From Candidatus Magasanikiibacteriota bacterium (lineage in GTDB: Bacteria; Patescibacteriota; Patescibacteriia; Magasanikbacterales; GWA2-37-8), in assembly GCA_963802255.1 (NCBI GenBank), contig CAWDHY010000002.1:4867-68866 (forward strand): a stretch of 64,000 nucleotides of DNA, given 5' to 3'. Position numbers and translations under genes: made by a program. The notes under the pieces are model-generated. The model was not told where the DNA came from and did not search any database. It saw nothing but the letters and a program-made list of their open reading frames with translations. Positions 7,748 through 17,823 of this stretch are shown one piece after another (position 1 is the stretch's first letter; the number at the start of each line of letters is the position of its first letter).

Positions 7748-9076
7748 ATGTTTGCCTTTACCTACTCAGCCGCAATTCTTGCAATCATCAATCTGGGATT
7801 TGCGGCTTTTCTTATTATCAAAAAACGGGAAATAAGACTTGCAAAATATTTAGCTGCTCTTTTGGCAGCCAGCACGATTTGTTTATTGGCAAACGCGTTA
7901 GCTGATGTTTCTTATACGGAAAAATCTCTTATTTTTTGGGCTGGCACGGCGTTAATTGGAGCTATTTTTGCAATGGCTATCTACGCTCATCTGATTGAAG
8001 TTTTTACCGGTCATCAAAATACTGTCCGTAAAATTATTTTTATATACTTTCCGGCAATTATTTTATCTTCTTTTGCTTATTCTAAATTCAGCATTGCATC
8101 AACAAACTTTCCGTTTAACAAAGTAGCTGAATCGACTATAGGTCCTTTGTACTTGTTCGTTCTCAGTTATACGGTAATTCTGTGGATTTTCAGTTTAGCG
8201 CGGGTAGTTCAAATGAGGAGAAACGCAACTGTAGTACAAAGAGCGCAAATAAGTTATATTTTCCTTGGCTTCGCGATAACTTCACTTGGTACAATGATTT
8301 TTAATGCCGTACTTCCGCTTTTTGGCAATATCACTTTTTTTACTCTTGGCCCTCAATGTATAGTATTTTTAAACGCAGCTCTTGCCTATTCCATCCTCAA
8401 ACATGGCTTGCTGAATTTTAAAATAATCATTCAAAAGTCAATAATTTACTCTGTCATAATAGGCGCGGTAATTGGTTTTTATCTCCTGATAATAAATACA
8501 GCATTAATCTGGCTAAATTTATCAAAATCAATATCATATCCTGCCGCTTCGCTTTTAGCTGCCATAGTGGGCGCAGTTAGTATTCCGCCGATAAACAAAT
8601 TTCTGCAGAAAATAACCGACAAAATATTTTTTAAGGACCACATTTCATATTCGGAGGCGATGTATAATCTAAGCTTAGTGCTAAATATAAATATTGGGTT
8701 GAACTCACTGCTAGAAAATACAACAAAAGAATTATATAAAACTTTTAAACCAACAAACCTTAAAATTTATTTGGTAAGAGAAAAATTACTTTTTGAAAGA
8801 AACAGCCTGGCAAGGGTTGCGAATGTTAGCCACGAAGATTCATTTGAAATAATGCAAAGTGAAAACGACGATACTTTATTCGTCAATGCCGAACATGACG
8901 GAGCTAATTTGGCTCAAATTTTGATTGGCGAAAAAATAACCGGTGAAATATATTTACCGGAGGATCGTGATATATTAAATACTTTTTCTTTTCAGTTTGC
9001 ACTGGCTTTAGAAAAAACATTTCTTTTTGAGAGACTTAGAAGTAAAATTGGCGACATAAAAAAAGAAGCGGTATAA
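7748..9076 (+). CDS. Polytopic membrane protein (~9 TM helices) with a soluble C-terminal domain; sensor-like
   Basis: Successive hydrophobic helices over the first ~290 aa and a ~150-aa hydrophilic tail. Very AT-rich (~30% GC). Confidence 0.6.
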   Translation: MFAFTYSAAILAIINLGFAAFLIIKKREIRLAKYLAALLAASTICLLANALADVSYTEKSLIFWAGTALIGAIFAMAIYAHLIEVFTGHQNTVRKIIFIYFPAIILSSFAYSKFSIASTNFPFNKVAESTIGPLYLFVLSYTVILWIFSLARVVQMRRNATVVQRAQISYIFLGFAITSLGTMIFNAVLPLFGNITFFTLGPQCIVFLNAALAYSILKHGLLNFKIIIQKSIIYSVIIGAVIGFYLLIINTALIWLNLSKSISYPAASLLAAIVGAVSIPPINKFLQKITDKIFFKDHISYSEAMYNLSLVLNINIGLNSLLENTTKELYKTFKPTNLKIYLVREKLLFERNSLARVANVSHEDSFEIMQSENDDTLFVNAEHDGANLAQILIGEKITGEIYLPEDRDILNTFSFQFALALEKTFLFERLRSKIGDIKKEAV

Positions 9077-9091
9077 GCCGCTTCTTTTTTA
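9062..9091 (+). terminator. Rho-independent terminator
   Basis: AGAAGCGG-TATAA-GCCGCTTCT followed by TTTTTTATTTT; the stop codon lies in the loop. Confidence 0.6.
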
Positions 9092-9097
9092 TTTTAT

Positions 9098-9472
9098 TTA
9101 TTTTTTCCAGAGCCCGTGGATATTACAGTACGCTCTCACTTCAACAATCTCCTCTTCAGTGAAAAAAACCGCTTCCGGTTCCGCACCGGAATTTAATGCT
9201 TCACGGCATACTCCTGTTTTTGTGATTATCTCAATCCACTCAATGTAATGCTCTTCCATCATCGGATGCGGCACGGAGCCAATTTTTATTTTAATACCCT
9301 TGTCCATTTTCTCAATTACCGGTACATGCTTTTCCGCTCCGGCATCATCTGTTTTCTCGATTTGTAATTCCATCGGCTTTCCGCAACAAACCAACTCCCC
9401 TACGCCGGCATGCAAAACCTCCGTGATATTACCGCAAACATTACATTTATAAACTTGCCTTAATTCAGTCAT
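9098..9472 (-). CDS. dfx: Desulfoferrodoxin (two-domain superoxide reductase)
   Basis: N-terminal desulforedoxin-like CNVCGN...CCG Cys cluster and the EKHVPVIE superoxide-reductase signature; 124 aa. Confidence 0.85.
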   Translation of the reverse strand: MTELRQVYKCNVCGNITEVLHAGVGELVCCGKPMELQIEKTDDAGAEKHVPVIEKMDKGIKIKIGSVPHPMMEEHYIEWIEIITKTGVCREALNSGAEPEAVFFTEEEIVEVRAYCNIHGLWKK

Positions 9473-9525
9473 ACAAATATATATTAATATTTAACAGAGT
9501 CCATTATACCATATATTATTTGAAT

Positions 9526-9557
9526 AAAAAAAGGCCGCGGTGAGCGCGGCTTTTTTA
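9526..9557. terminator. Bidirectional hairpin terminator
   Basis: aaaaaaaGGCCGCGG-TGA-GCGCGGCtttttt. Confidence 0.55.
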
Positions 9558-9560
9558 AGT

Positions 9561-10196
9561 TTATTCCTGGCTGCCCGATGCGGTTGATGTTGATATTTGG
9601 GGATGAAATGGCGGTGTTGAAGTTGGTGCATTAAATATCTCCGTCTTTTCGGAATAAAAAACAATTTTTGAACCATTGTCGGCTATCTGCAGCACCAGAC
9701 TGGTTTCGTCCATTTTCATAATTTCACCGGTAATGCGTGCTTGTCCGGACATTCGTGCTGTTCTTTGTTGACCGGAACCATTAGGACCGTTCCATTGACC
9801 GTCAGTACTTCGGCGTTGAAATTGTTCACCCTGCGGCGGTTGTTGAAAATTTTGTTGATTATCATCTTCTTGCTTCGGCATAGTGCCGGTGGCAAAATAT
9901 TGTGTACTTGATCTCATACCCAGGCCGAATCCTGGCATCTCACCAATAATAATATTTGTAGCACTAACTGTACCATCCGCATTACTCGTGCCCATCACAG
10001 TTATCTTCTTGCCAATTTTCAAATCTTGAATTGAAGCCGGTGTGCCAAAATTAATTTTCATTGTTGTACTTACACCTTCATTATTCTGACCCAACGCGTT
10101 ACTATTTTTTCGATCCGGTGCATTTTTAACAGCACAGCCGGTGGCAATTAACGCCACTGCGGAAAATATTGCAATAATTATAATTGTTTTGCGCAT
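9561..10196 (-). CDS. Lipoprotein, Q/N/G-rich low-complexity
   Basis: Signal peptide with lipobox ATGC; QQ/NN-rich repeats. Confidence 0.55.
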   Translation of the reverse strand: MRKTIIIIAIFSAVALIATGCAVKNAPDRKNSNALGQNNEGVSTTMKINFGTPASIQDLKIGKKITVMGTSNADGTVSATNIIIGEMPGFGLGMRSSTQYFATGTMPKQEDDNQQNFQQPPQGEQFQRRSTDGQWNGPNGSGQQRTARMSGQARITGEIMKMDETSLVLQIADNGSKIVFYSEKTEIFNAPTSTPPFHPQISTSTASGSQE

Positions 10197-10212
10197 AAAT
10201 ATATATTATTAT

Positions 10213-11436
10213 TTACTGATAACGTAAAGCGTCAATTGGATCTAATTTTGCTGCCCGGCGCGACGGATAATAACCAAAAATTACACCAACCAAAGTTGAT
10301 ACGCCAACAGATAAAAAAATTGACCATGAAGTGATGACAGTGGTTAAACCGCCAACTTTGCCGATTAACAGTGATGCGCCCCATCCGATTCCGATACCTA
10401 TAATACCGCCAATAAACGTCAATGATACGGACTCGGCTAAAAATTGGTTGCTAATATCATTGCGTGTTGCACCAAGTGATTTGCGCAAACCAATTTCTCT
10501 TGTACGCTCTGTCACTGTTGTTAGCATCATATTCATAATGCCAATTCCTCCGACTATAAGTGAAATTCCGGCAATAGCGGCCAGAAGCAAGGTTAAAGTG
10601 TCGGCCACCGAAGACATTGCGCTAAGCATGTCAGCTTGATTTACAATGCTAAAATCCGCTTGTGTGGAATCAGCAATACGATGTCTTTGAAGTAGTAATT
10701 CCTGAATTTGCGCTTGGACAAAACTCATCAAATCAGCTTCTGTTACCTGAATATTTATATTGCTGACAGATTGATTGCCGGTAACATATTGTTGAGCGGT
10801 AGAAAGAGGAATGTATATCAAGTCATCGGAACTCCCCATACCTGTTCCACCTTTTGCCACTGTGACACCTACAACCGAAAACTCCTGACTGTTAATCTTA
10901 ATTTTTTGACCAACCGGATTTGTACTTGTGCCGAATAAATCATCGCGCGTCGTCGGTCCGAGAATGGCAACTTTCGCTCTGGATTGAATTTGTTGTTCGG
11001 TTATCTGACTGCCTAATTCCATTTCTATGCTTTTAATTCCAAAATATGCTGTATCAATACCATAGATGCTTGTATTTGTATTCTGACCTTTGGTTGTCAC
11101 TTGTTTGCGCGAACTAACAGTAGGAGCGACATCGGTAATATCCGTAACGCTTTCTTTAATTGCTTCGGCGTCTTCAATTGTTAAAGTTTGCGATGTGCCA
11201 CTACCTCCGCGCACGATATTGCCGGCCTGTCTCTGTGAACCCGGCATGACCACAAGTAAATTTGTGCCTAAAGATTCAATACTGTCAGTAATTCCTTTTG
11301 ATGTCCCCTGACCAACAGAAATCATTGCGATAACCGAAGCAATACCGATGACGATTCCTAGAATAGTCAAAGCAGAACGTGATCTGTTTGATGACATTGA
11401 AAATATTGTTTCTTCAAATAAGTCTGAAAAAATCAT
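10213..11436 (-). CDS. ABC transporter permease, FtsX/MacB family
   Basis: N-terminal TM, large periplasmic domain, three C-terminal TM helices. Overlaps the upstream ATPase gene by 4 nt. Confidence 0.8.
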   Translation of the reverse strand: MIFSDLFEETIFSMSSNRSRSALTILGIVIGIASVIAMISVGQGTSKGITDSIESLGTNLLVVMPGSQRQAGNIVRGGSGTSQTLTIEDAEAIKESVTDITDVAPTVSSRKQVTTKGQNTNTSIYGIDTAYFGIKSIEMELGSQITEQQIQSRAKVAILGPTTRDDLFGTSTNPVGQKIKINSQEFSVVGVTVAKGGTGMGSSDDLIYIPLSTAQQYVTGNQSVSNINIQVTEADLMSFVQAQIQELLLQRHRIADSTQADFSIVNQADMLSAMSSVADTLTLLLAAIAGISLIVGGIGIMNMMLTTVTERTREIGLRKSLGATRNDISNQFLAESVSLTFIGGIIGIGIGWGASLLIGKVGGLTTVITSWSIFLSVGVSTLVGVIFGYYPSRRAAKLDPIDALRYQ

Positions 11437-12119
11437 AAATTCTTTTTATCAGAAATAATCTCTCCATCTTTTATTTCTATCGTTCTTTTGGCGTATTCCG
11501 CAACATGCTTATCGTGAGTAATTAAAATAATCGTATGACCGCTTTCTTTGTTCAATTTTCCAAAAGTCTCTAATACAATCGCACCGGTTTTTGAATCAAG
11601 ATTTCCAGTCGGTTCATCCGCCAAAATAATGCTCGGTTCATTAACCAAAGCGCGGGCAATAGCCACACGCTGCATCTGGCCACCTGATAATTGATTTGAG
11701 AGGTGCATCCAATGATCAACATCCAAACCGACTGCTTTAAGAACCTTTTCTGCTTTGGCCCGTCGCGTCGATTTAGGCACATGATTATTATAAATTAATG
11801 GGAGCATCACATTACGTATAACCGTTGAACGAGGTAAGAGGTTAAACGACTGAAAAACAAAACCGATTTTTTCCGAACGTATTGCAGCCATTTCCTCTTC
11901 CGATAGATCAAACACGTCTTTTCCATCAAGAAAATATTTTCCGGCCGTGGGACGATCGAGTGCCCCAAGAATATGCATCAGAGTTGATTTGCCTGAACCG
12001 GATGGACCAATTATTGCGACAAATTCCCCTTCTCCAATTTCAAAATTCACATTCTTTAATACAGTTGTTTCATTATTGCCGGAATTGTAACTTTTTGTAA
12101 TGTTTACACACTTAATCAT
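11433..12119 (-). CDS. ABC transporter ATP-binding protein (MacB/LolD-like)
   Basis: Walker [13 protein letters not shown] signature [15 protein letters not shown], Walker [12 protein letters not shown]. Confidence 0.9.
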   Translation of the reverse strand: MIKCVNITKSYNSGNNETTVLKNVNFEIGEGEFVAIIGPSGSGKSTLMHILGALDRPTAGKYFLDGKDVFDLSEEEMAAIRSEKIGFVFQSFNLLPRSTVIRNVMLPLIYNNHVPKSTRRAKAEKVLKAVGLDVDHWMHLSNQLSGGQMQRVAIARALVNEPSIILADEPTGNLDSKTGAIVLETFGKLNKESGHTIILITHDKHVAEYAKRTIEIKDGEIISDKKNL

Positions 12120-12132
12120 AACTGATTATCGT

Positions 12133-13875
12133 TTACCGAAGGAACATCATTCCTCCTGCTCCTGCGGGGCCGGATTGCCTATTTGTTGCTGATACAGCGC
12201 TTGTGGCAGCAACACCACTGTTAATTGTCTGAACCACGATTTCATCACCCTCATTTAAACCGCTGATAATTTCAGTCATCAGATCATTTGAATCACCAAC
12301 TGTTATTGTTGCCATTTGAGGTGTTCCACTAGCCATAATTTCAACATAATTTGAACCATTTTGAGTTTTAATAGCAGAATTGGAAACAAGAAGGACGTCC
12401 GGTTTGCTACTCAATATAATACTGACGCTTACACTCATTCCCGGTTTGACACGCTCGTCCTGAATATCAAAAGCAATTTTAACATTATAACTTACAACAC
12501 CCTGACTAACAGTGCCAATGGTATCAACTTCAGCCACTTCACCCGTAATATTCAAATCCTCAATTGCGTCAAAAGTTATTGTAGCTCTTTGCCCGACTTT
12601 AACTTTTGCCACGTCAACTTCATTTAAAGCGATGGTGGCTATACGCTGTTTCGTAATAATTGTACAAACCGCCGAACCGGACGATGCTGAATCGCCTTTT
12701 TTAACATTTACCGCGGCGATCACTCCATCAAACGGAGCTCTTACAGAATAATTTGACAACGTTTCCCTGGCATCTACCAGAGAATTTTGGCGTTGTTTGA
12801 GAGTTATCTGTTGTGCTTTAAGATCAAGCGGGTCGGTACCGGCTTTCAAATCTGCGAGCGATGCTGTTTTTTCGGCAATAGTGCGGCTTGAACCGATAAT
12901 CGACTCTTTGCTTGTCTGAATAGTTCGTTTTTGGCTAAGAAGGGATAACAACTGTGAGTTTGTTGTGCCCGTATAACTGTTTAAACTTGATAAGTGAGAA
13001 GATGATTGCGATTGCACTCGCGCCTTTTTTTCAGTCAAAACATCAATATAGTACTGAATCAGGTTGTTCGCGTTTTTTACCGCTTCGGCTATCAATTTTG
13101 TTGTGTCATACGATTCGTCGATGAGTGACTCTATTGTTGATGTGCTGGAAAATCTGCTGGCCGACTTATAATTATCAAAATTTATATCATAAGCATTTTT
13201 TGCGGCACTAAATGAAAGCGAAGCGCTATCTCTGTATTTTTCCGCTCTTTCTTCATCCTCAAAAATCATCGCATTATTCGCGTAATATTCTATATTTGGA
13301 ATACTGTAATCAAATGTATATCCATATAAAATATCATATAAACCGGACATTAAGCTTGGTAGCTCCAAAAAAGTATCCGCTACATTATTAAACCCATCTT
13401 CGTATGCTTTTTTTAAATCATCTTCGGCCTTAATTTTTGTTTCCTCCGCCTGCGCTAAAGAATTTTCATATTGAAGTAGGGTCAAAGGATCTGTCGCCTG
13501 AGTTAATTTCTCCATTGATAATTTTGCGGACTCAAGATTCGCCGTCGCGTCTCTCACTGATTTCAATGCAGTGGCGGCGTTTAATTGTATTAACAAAGCA
13601 CCGGATTTTACTTCTTGTCCGGTTTTAACTAATACACTTGTCACATCACCTGACGCTTTGGGTTGAATATCAACCTGACTCGATGCTGAAACCTGTCCGC
13701 TACCACTTATTGACGAAGCTAAAACGCCACGTTCAACTTTTGCAGTGACGTATCGTGTTACCGTTTCAGGTGCAAATAATCTTTTATAACCGAAGTATCC
13801 GCCAACGCCAATTATGGCAATAATAATTAGAGTATATATTTTATGTTTCCAGATGAAGCTAAATACTTTTTTCAT
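12133..13875 (-). CDS. HlyD/MacA-family periplasmic adaptor (membrane fusion protein)
   Basis: N-terminal TM anchor, long coiled-coil hairpin region, beta-barrel/lipoyl-like segments, C-terminal Gly-rich tail. Confidence 0.75.
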   Translation of the reverse strand: MKKVFSFIWKHKIYTLIIIAIIGVGGYFGYKRLFAPETVTRYVTAKVERGVLASSISGSGQVSASSQVDIQPKASGDVTSVLVKTGQEVKSGALLIQLNAATALKSVRDATANLESAKLSMEKLTQATDPLTLLQYENSLAQAEETKIKAEDDLKKAYEDGFNNVADTFLELPSLMSGLYDILYGYTFDYSIPNIEYYANNAMIFEDEERAEKYRDSASLSFSAAKNAYDINFDNYKSASRFSSTSTIESLIDESYDTTKLIAEAVKNANNLIQYYIDVLTEKKARVQSQSSSHLSSLNSYTGTTNSQLLSLLSQKRTIQTSKESIIGSSRTIAEKTASLADLKAGTDPLDLKAQQITLKQRQNSLVDARETLSNYSVRAPFDGVIAAVNVKKGDSASSGSAVCTIITKQRIATIALNEVDVAKVKVGQRATITFDAIEDLNITGEVAEVDTIGTVSQGVVSYNVKIAFDIQDERVKPGMSVSVSIILSSKPDVLLVSNSAIKTQNGSNYVEIMASGTPQMATITVGDSNDLMTEIISGLNEGDEIVVQTINSGVAATSAVSATNRQSGPAGAGGMMFLR

Positions 13876-13896
13876 AAATGAATTTTAGTAAATATA

Positions 13897-14766
13897 TTAT
13901 TGAGGCAAACAATCAACTCCACAAGGAACGGATGGCATGTCTTTAACAGGACACCCCGCCATAGAACAGTCTTCAAAAACATCGCCCTTAGGAGGCAGTG
14001 GCATCGGAGGCATGGGGTCTGTTGACGATCCAAAACGGCGGTGCACGCCACGGCGTATCATCATCATTTCATCGTTTTTAACAACATGAATATTTTCCGG
14101 CTCAAAAACCCCACTTTTCTTTTCGCCGATAGCCACAATAAATGATCCTTCTTTTAGTTCCTGTTCCGGAAGGCTTTTTAGTTTACTGATATCAATTTTT
14201 TCAATACCACGCGGCGTCTGAATACTGATCATAGCGCCGTCTAACTTTACTATCCGACCGGCCATGCCGCGATTGCGATCGTCCAGACCGCGATTAAATA
14301 ACGGACGAAAAATCATACCCGTTGGATTTGGCCCAAAAGCATGGCGTTCTATCCGTTCAGCCAGGCTGGTATATGTCAAAATTATTCCAAGTACCATTAT
14401 AAAAATAACGAGACCGACGGCTATTCTGCCAAAAGGCTTCTCATAGAGAAAACCACTTTTCTTAATGATAAACGCAGATACCAATACAAGGGCTATTAAA
14501 CCGGCGGCAAGCGCAAAGGGAAAAGATTCCAAAAAAGCATAAAAACCACGACTGCCAAAACTTAAGTAGTCCAGATTATCGGAAGTTTTTAAATAAAAAA
14601 GCACCAAATTAAAAAATAATACGGCTAATAGAACACTGAGCGCCACCGCACTGCCCAAACCCAATTTTTCGGCAAGAAAAATATATTTTGAGCGCAATTT
14701 AATACGGCCAGTTTTTATCTGCGACATCACCTTTTCTTCAAGATTATTTTTATTATTCTCCTCCAT
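13897..14766 (-). CDS. Membrane protein co-transcribed with the ECF sigma factor (possible anti-sigma factor)
   Basis: Overlaps the sigma gene by 14 nt. Multiple TM segments and a Cys-rich C-terminus (CSMAGCPVKDMPSVPCGVDC). Confidence 0.45.
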   Translation of the reverse strand: MEENNKNNLEEKVMSQIKTGRIKLRSKYIFLAEKLGLGSAVALSVLLAVLFFNLVLFYLKTSDNLDYLSFGSRGFYAFLESFPFALAAGLIALVLVSAFIIKKSGFLYEKPFGRIAVGLVIFIMVLGIILTYTSLAERIERHAFGPNPTGMIFRPLFNRGLDDRNRGMAGRIVKLDGAMISIQTPRGIEKIDISKLKSLPEQELKEGSFIVAIGEKKSGVFEPENIHVVKNDEMMMIRRGVHRRFGSSTDPMPPMPLPPKGDVFEDCSMAGCPVKDMPSVPCGVDCLPQ

Positions 14767-15319
14767 ATTGTTCAGTTGTTAAAAATTTTTTTAGTATTTT
14801 TTTTCCGCGTAGCACCAGCGTGCCGACAGTATTGCGCGGCAAATGCAAAATATCACCGATTTCTTCATAGGTCTTTTGCTCAAAAAAATATAAAATTACC
14901 GGTTCGCGATATTTATCTTTCAACTTTGAAAGAGCGGCTTCAATTTTTTTCTTTAATATTGACCTGTCTATTTTATCCTTAACATCAATGTCGTCATCAA
15001 TCACATCAATCTCCTGGTCATCCAAAGACACTGACTCTTTACGGTATTTTTTTATATTATTTAATGCTTCATTATGGGCAATGCGGTATATCCAAGGTGA
15101 AAATTTCTTATTTTCGTCAAAATTGAATAAATTACGATAAGCTTTAATAAAAACTTCCTGAAGGACATCTTCAAGCTCGTCGTCGCTTTTAATAAATTTT
15201 CTTAAATAATGAGACAGTTTTGTTTGGTAGCGCCGGATAATCTCGCTGTATAGTTCTTTGTCCTTTTCTCTAACAACTACAACCAACTGTTCATCGCTTA
15301 AATTCTCGGGAACAGGCAT
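14753..15319 (-). CDS. ECF-type RNA polymerase sigma-70 factor
   Basis: 188 aa with sigma region 2 (YRNLFNF...PWIYRIAHNEALN) and region 4 HTH (EQKTYEEIGDILHLPRNTVGTLVLRGKK). Confidence 0.8.
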   Translation of the reverse strand: MPVPENLSDEQLVVVVREKDKELYSEIIRRYQTKLSHYLRKFIKSDDELEDVLQEVFIKAYRNLFNFDENKKFSPWIYRIAHNEALNNIKKYRKESVSLDDQEIDVIDDDIDVKDKIDRSILKKKIEAALSKLKDKYREPVILYFFEQKTYEEIGDILHLPRNTVGTLVLRGKKILKKFLTTEQYGGE

Positions 15320-15467
15320 ATATTATATATACAACTGAAGTTGCATAAATATTTCAATTTGGGCTGTACTCTAACTTAAATATCAAAAAAATGCCATTTT
15401 TAATGAAAAAGCCACTTTTAAATAGTGATTTTTTGACTAATTGGTAATTTCCGAATCAATAATATTT

Positions 15468-16592
15468 CTAAATTTTTTTCTTATTCTTTAGCCACAAAGT
15501 AGCTAATAAAGTAGAAATAGGCATAGACAAGGCCACGCCGATACTTCCAACAAGTGTTCGCACAATTTCAGTCGCAATCATTTCGTTATTTATTGCCTGT
15601 GACAAAGAAGCGGTTTCAGCGGGATTCAGATAAAAAAGCAGTAAGAGAGGCAAGCTCGCACCGGCATAAGTCAAAAATAATGTATTCACAATCGCACCTA
15701 AATGCGTATTACCAACTTCATAAGCGGATTTGTAAACCTGATGATTTGTAAGATCAGCGTTAGCTAATCTAATTTGATTTACCGATTCAACCTGACCAAC
15801 AATTACATCATCTAAAACTCCAACTGTTCCAATTAGAATTCCCGCTAAAAGCAATCCTTGAAAATCAATCATCCCATTATTTGCACCCAGTAAAAAAGTC
15901 GCTTCTTCTTGGCCTAACCCGGTTAAGCGAGTTAAATTTGTAAAAATCCATGACAGAATAAATGTAATAACTAATGAAAAAAATACGCTGGCCACTGCAA
16001 TGTGTGATTTTTTTGTCCAACCTTCTGTCAAATATATTATAATTGCTAATATCATTAGCGCGCCAGATACGCCTATAAACAAAGGATTGGCACCATGTAA
16101 AATATTCGGAACAATAAATTTAATTATAATAAAGAAACTTACCACCAAGCTGATCAACGATTTAACACCCTTTTTTTTGCCAATAATTACAATTATTACT
16201 GCAAAAATAAAGGCGAGCCAATATAAATATCCGCTTCGCACAAAATCGACGATGTAATAATCAACTGTGCCATCAAAATTTTTAACCTCACTAACCAGAA
16301 CTTTATCTCCAACCTTATAAATATTTGCGCTGGCCATATCGATATCAGAAATTCCATTATGCCTAATTTCCTTGTTTTTCCAGTCCTTTTCCAACCCCAA
16401 TAAAAGAATATCTTGCTGTAGCGTTTTTGAGCCGTCCTCTCGAACAATATTTTTTTCTTCTATAATTTTTATCACCTTAGCTTTGAAGACTTCATCAATA
16501 GACGGGCCATCAGAATTTTCTGACTGCGCAAAAACAAAAGATGGAAATAATAAGATAACTAAAAAAATTAACGTAAATAACTTATTTAACAT
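15468..16592 (-). CDS. YibE/F-like polytopic membrane protein
   Basis: Signal peptide, ~120-aa extracytoplasmic domain, then ~7 TM helices; the architecture resembles YibE/F. Assignment by resemblance only. Confidence 0.45.
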   Translation of the reverse strand: MLNKLFTLIFLVILLFPSFVFAQSENSDGPSIDEVFKAKVIKIIEEKNIVREDGSKTLQQDILLLGLEKDWKNKEIRHNGISDIDMASANIYKVGDKVLVSEVKNFDGTVDYYIVDFVRSGYLYWLAFIFAVIIVIIGKKKGVKSLISLVVSFFIIIKFIVPNILHGANPLFIGVSGALMILAIIIYLTEGWTKKSHIAVASVFFSLVITFILSWIFTNLTRLTGLGQEEATFLLGANNGMIDFQGLLLAGILIGTVGVLDDVIVGQVESVNQIRLANADLTNHQVYKSAYEVGNTHLGAIVNTLFLTYAGASLPLLLLFYLNPAETASLSQAINNEMIATEIVRTLVGSIGVALSMPISTLLATLWLKNKKKI

Positions 16593-16597
16593 AGATA

Positions 16598-16879
16598 CTA
16601 ATTTTTAATAATTCTTATAGCTTTTCCGTTCACAAGTGCATCTGTAATTTTTTTATACGCAGAGTCTAAAATTCTTTGAAATGTACTTTGTGATGTATCC
16701 ATTTGTTTAGCACACTTGGTCTGATCTAGATCCTTGATATTATGTAGCCTCATCGATTCTAATTCTTCAAAAGTTAAATTGACAATTTTTAAATCTGGCA
16801 TTGGAATACCCTGCGGTTTAAAATATGTAATATTAGGATTAATTCTCACGCGCCGGCATCCTCTTGGTCTGGGAGACAT
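16598..16879 (-). CDS. DUF134/UPF0251-family putative DNA-binding protein
   Basis: N-terminal MSPRPRGCRRVRINP motif characteristic of DUF134. Confidence 0.7.
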   Translation of the reverse strand: MSPRPRGCRRVRINPNITYFKPQGIPMPDLKIVNLTFEELESMRLHNIKDLDQTKCAKQMDTSQSTFQRILDSAYKKITDALVNGKAIRIIKN

Positions 16880-16974
16880 AAATTTTATATTATATGTAAC
16901 ACTGGTATCAATTATATCACGAAAAAATCTAACCGTCCCAACATACTGCCGGGACGGTAAACGTGGCCATTCAT

Positions 16975-17217
16975 CTATTTATGGGAATTAATAGCTTGAA
17001 TTTCTTCTTGAACGGCTTCCAGTTCATTCTTAAGAAATTGCTCTTCATCTTGTAGGGAGATTAATTCATTCTTAGGTGAACGAATTTGTCGTCCCCCGCC
17101 AAAGAAGCCGGGGCTACCACATGAACCCCTACGAGCGCCTCCTCCGCCACAATTTCCCATGCCACGTCCGCTTCTCGGGCCATTTCCCATTGGTCCGTTT
17201 CCATCAAATTTAGGCAT
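16975..17217 (-). CDS. DUF5320-like small protein (Gly-rich N-terminus, coiled-coil C-terminus)
   Basis: MPKFDGNGPMGNGPRSGRGMGNCGGGG... pattern. This family is commonly encoded next to DUF134. Confidence 0.55.
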   Translation of the reverse strand: MPKFDGNGPMGNGPRSGRGMGNCGGGGARRGSCGSPGFFGGGRQIRSPKNELISLQDEEQFLKNELEAVQEEIQAINSHK

Positions 17218-17278
17218 ATATTTATTTATTACTTTCCTTAATTAATAGGTAATACGACCTTTATACTTACCTATTATG

Positions 17279-17307
17279 AGTATATACCCAATACTGTATT
17301 TTGTCAA
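17279..17307 (-). promoter_or_regulatory. Sigma70 consensus promoter TTGACA-17-TATACT driving the DUF5320/DUF134/YibE-F operon
   Basis: On the minus strand: TTGACA (plus 17302-17307), 17-nt spacer, TATACT (plus 17279-17284). Confidence 0.55.
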
Positions 17308-17385
17308 GCTAGTTGCATAAAATGAAAAAATATTAAAAAATGAACCTTCTCCCTAATTATTTATTCTTCATTCAATTTCTGCCGC

Positions 17386-17416
17386 AATAAAAAAAACCAG
17401 CCATTTTGTTGACTGG
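17386..17416 (-). terminator. Rho-independent terminator downstream of tRNA-Trp
   Basis: Minus strand: CCAGTC-AACAAAAT-GGCTGG followed by TTTTTTTT. Confidence 0.55.
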
Positions 17417-17425
17417 ATTATTGTG

Positions 17426-17496
17426 CAGGGGGTGTAAGAATCGAACTCACGCGAACGGTTTTGGAGACCGTCGTACTACCACTATACGAACCCCCC
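17426..17496 (-). tRNA. tRNA-Trp (anticodon CCA)
   Basis: Hand-folded cloverleaf: acceptor GGGGGGT/ACCCCCT, anticodon loop CTCCAAA, T-arm GTGAG-TTCGATT-CTTAC. Confidence 0.75.
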
Positions 17497-17536
17497 GTGT
17501 TTAAAAGGCAGGACAAGAGTCCTGCCCTTAATATTA

Positions 17537-17701
17537 TTACTTCGTTTCCTTGTGCGCTACATGCTTTTTACAATGACGGCAATATTTCTTTATCTCTAAG
17601 CGGTTCTTCAGGAGTTTTTTATTCTTGCGGCTGAAGTAATTTACACGTTTGCACTCGGAACACTCCATTTTTATCATGTTTTCTCTTTCTTTTGAAGGCA
17701 T
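17537..17701 (-). CDS. rpmG: 50S ribosomal protein L33
   Basis: 54-aa [57 protein letters not shown] with the CxxC...CxxC zinc ribbon and the KETK C-terminus typical of L33. Below the 60-aa cutoff of the ORF track. Confidence 0.85.
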   Translation of the reverse strand: MPSKERENMIKMECSECKRVNYFSRKNKKLLKNRLEIKKYCRHCKKHVAHKETK

Positions 17702-17726
17702 ATATTCAATTAATTAATTTACTATG

Positions 17727-17808
17727 TGGATGGGGAAGGATTCGAACCTTCGAAGGCGGAGCCAACAGATTTACAGTCTGTCCCCTTTGACCGCTCGGGA
17801 ACCCATCC
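17727..17808 (-). tRNA. tRNA-Tyr (anticodon GTA), long variable arm
   Basis: Acceptor GGATGGG/CCCATCC; anticodon arm ACAGA-CTGTAAA-TCTGT; T-arm GAAGG-TTCGAAT-CCTTC. Confidence 0.75.
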
Positions 17809-17823
17809 AACTTTGATACTGCG

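Noticed and set aside
17218-17425. Possible ncRNA in the 200-nt gap between the DUF5320 gene and tRNA-Trp
   Set aside because: The gap is explained by a consensus promoter (17279-17307, minus strand) and the tRNA-Trp terminator hairpin (17386-17416). No additional conserved structure is apparent.
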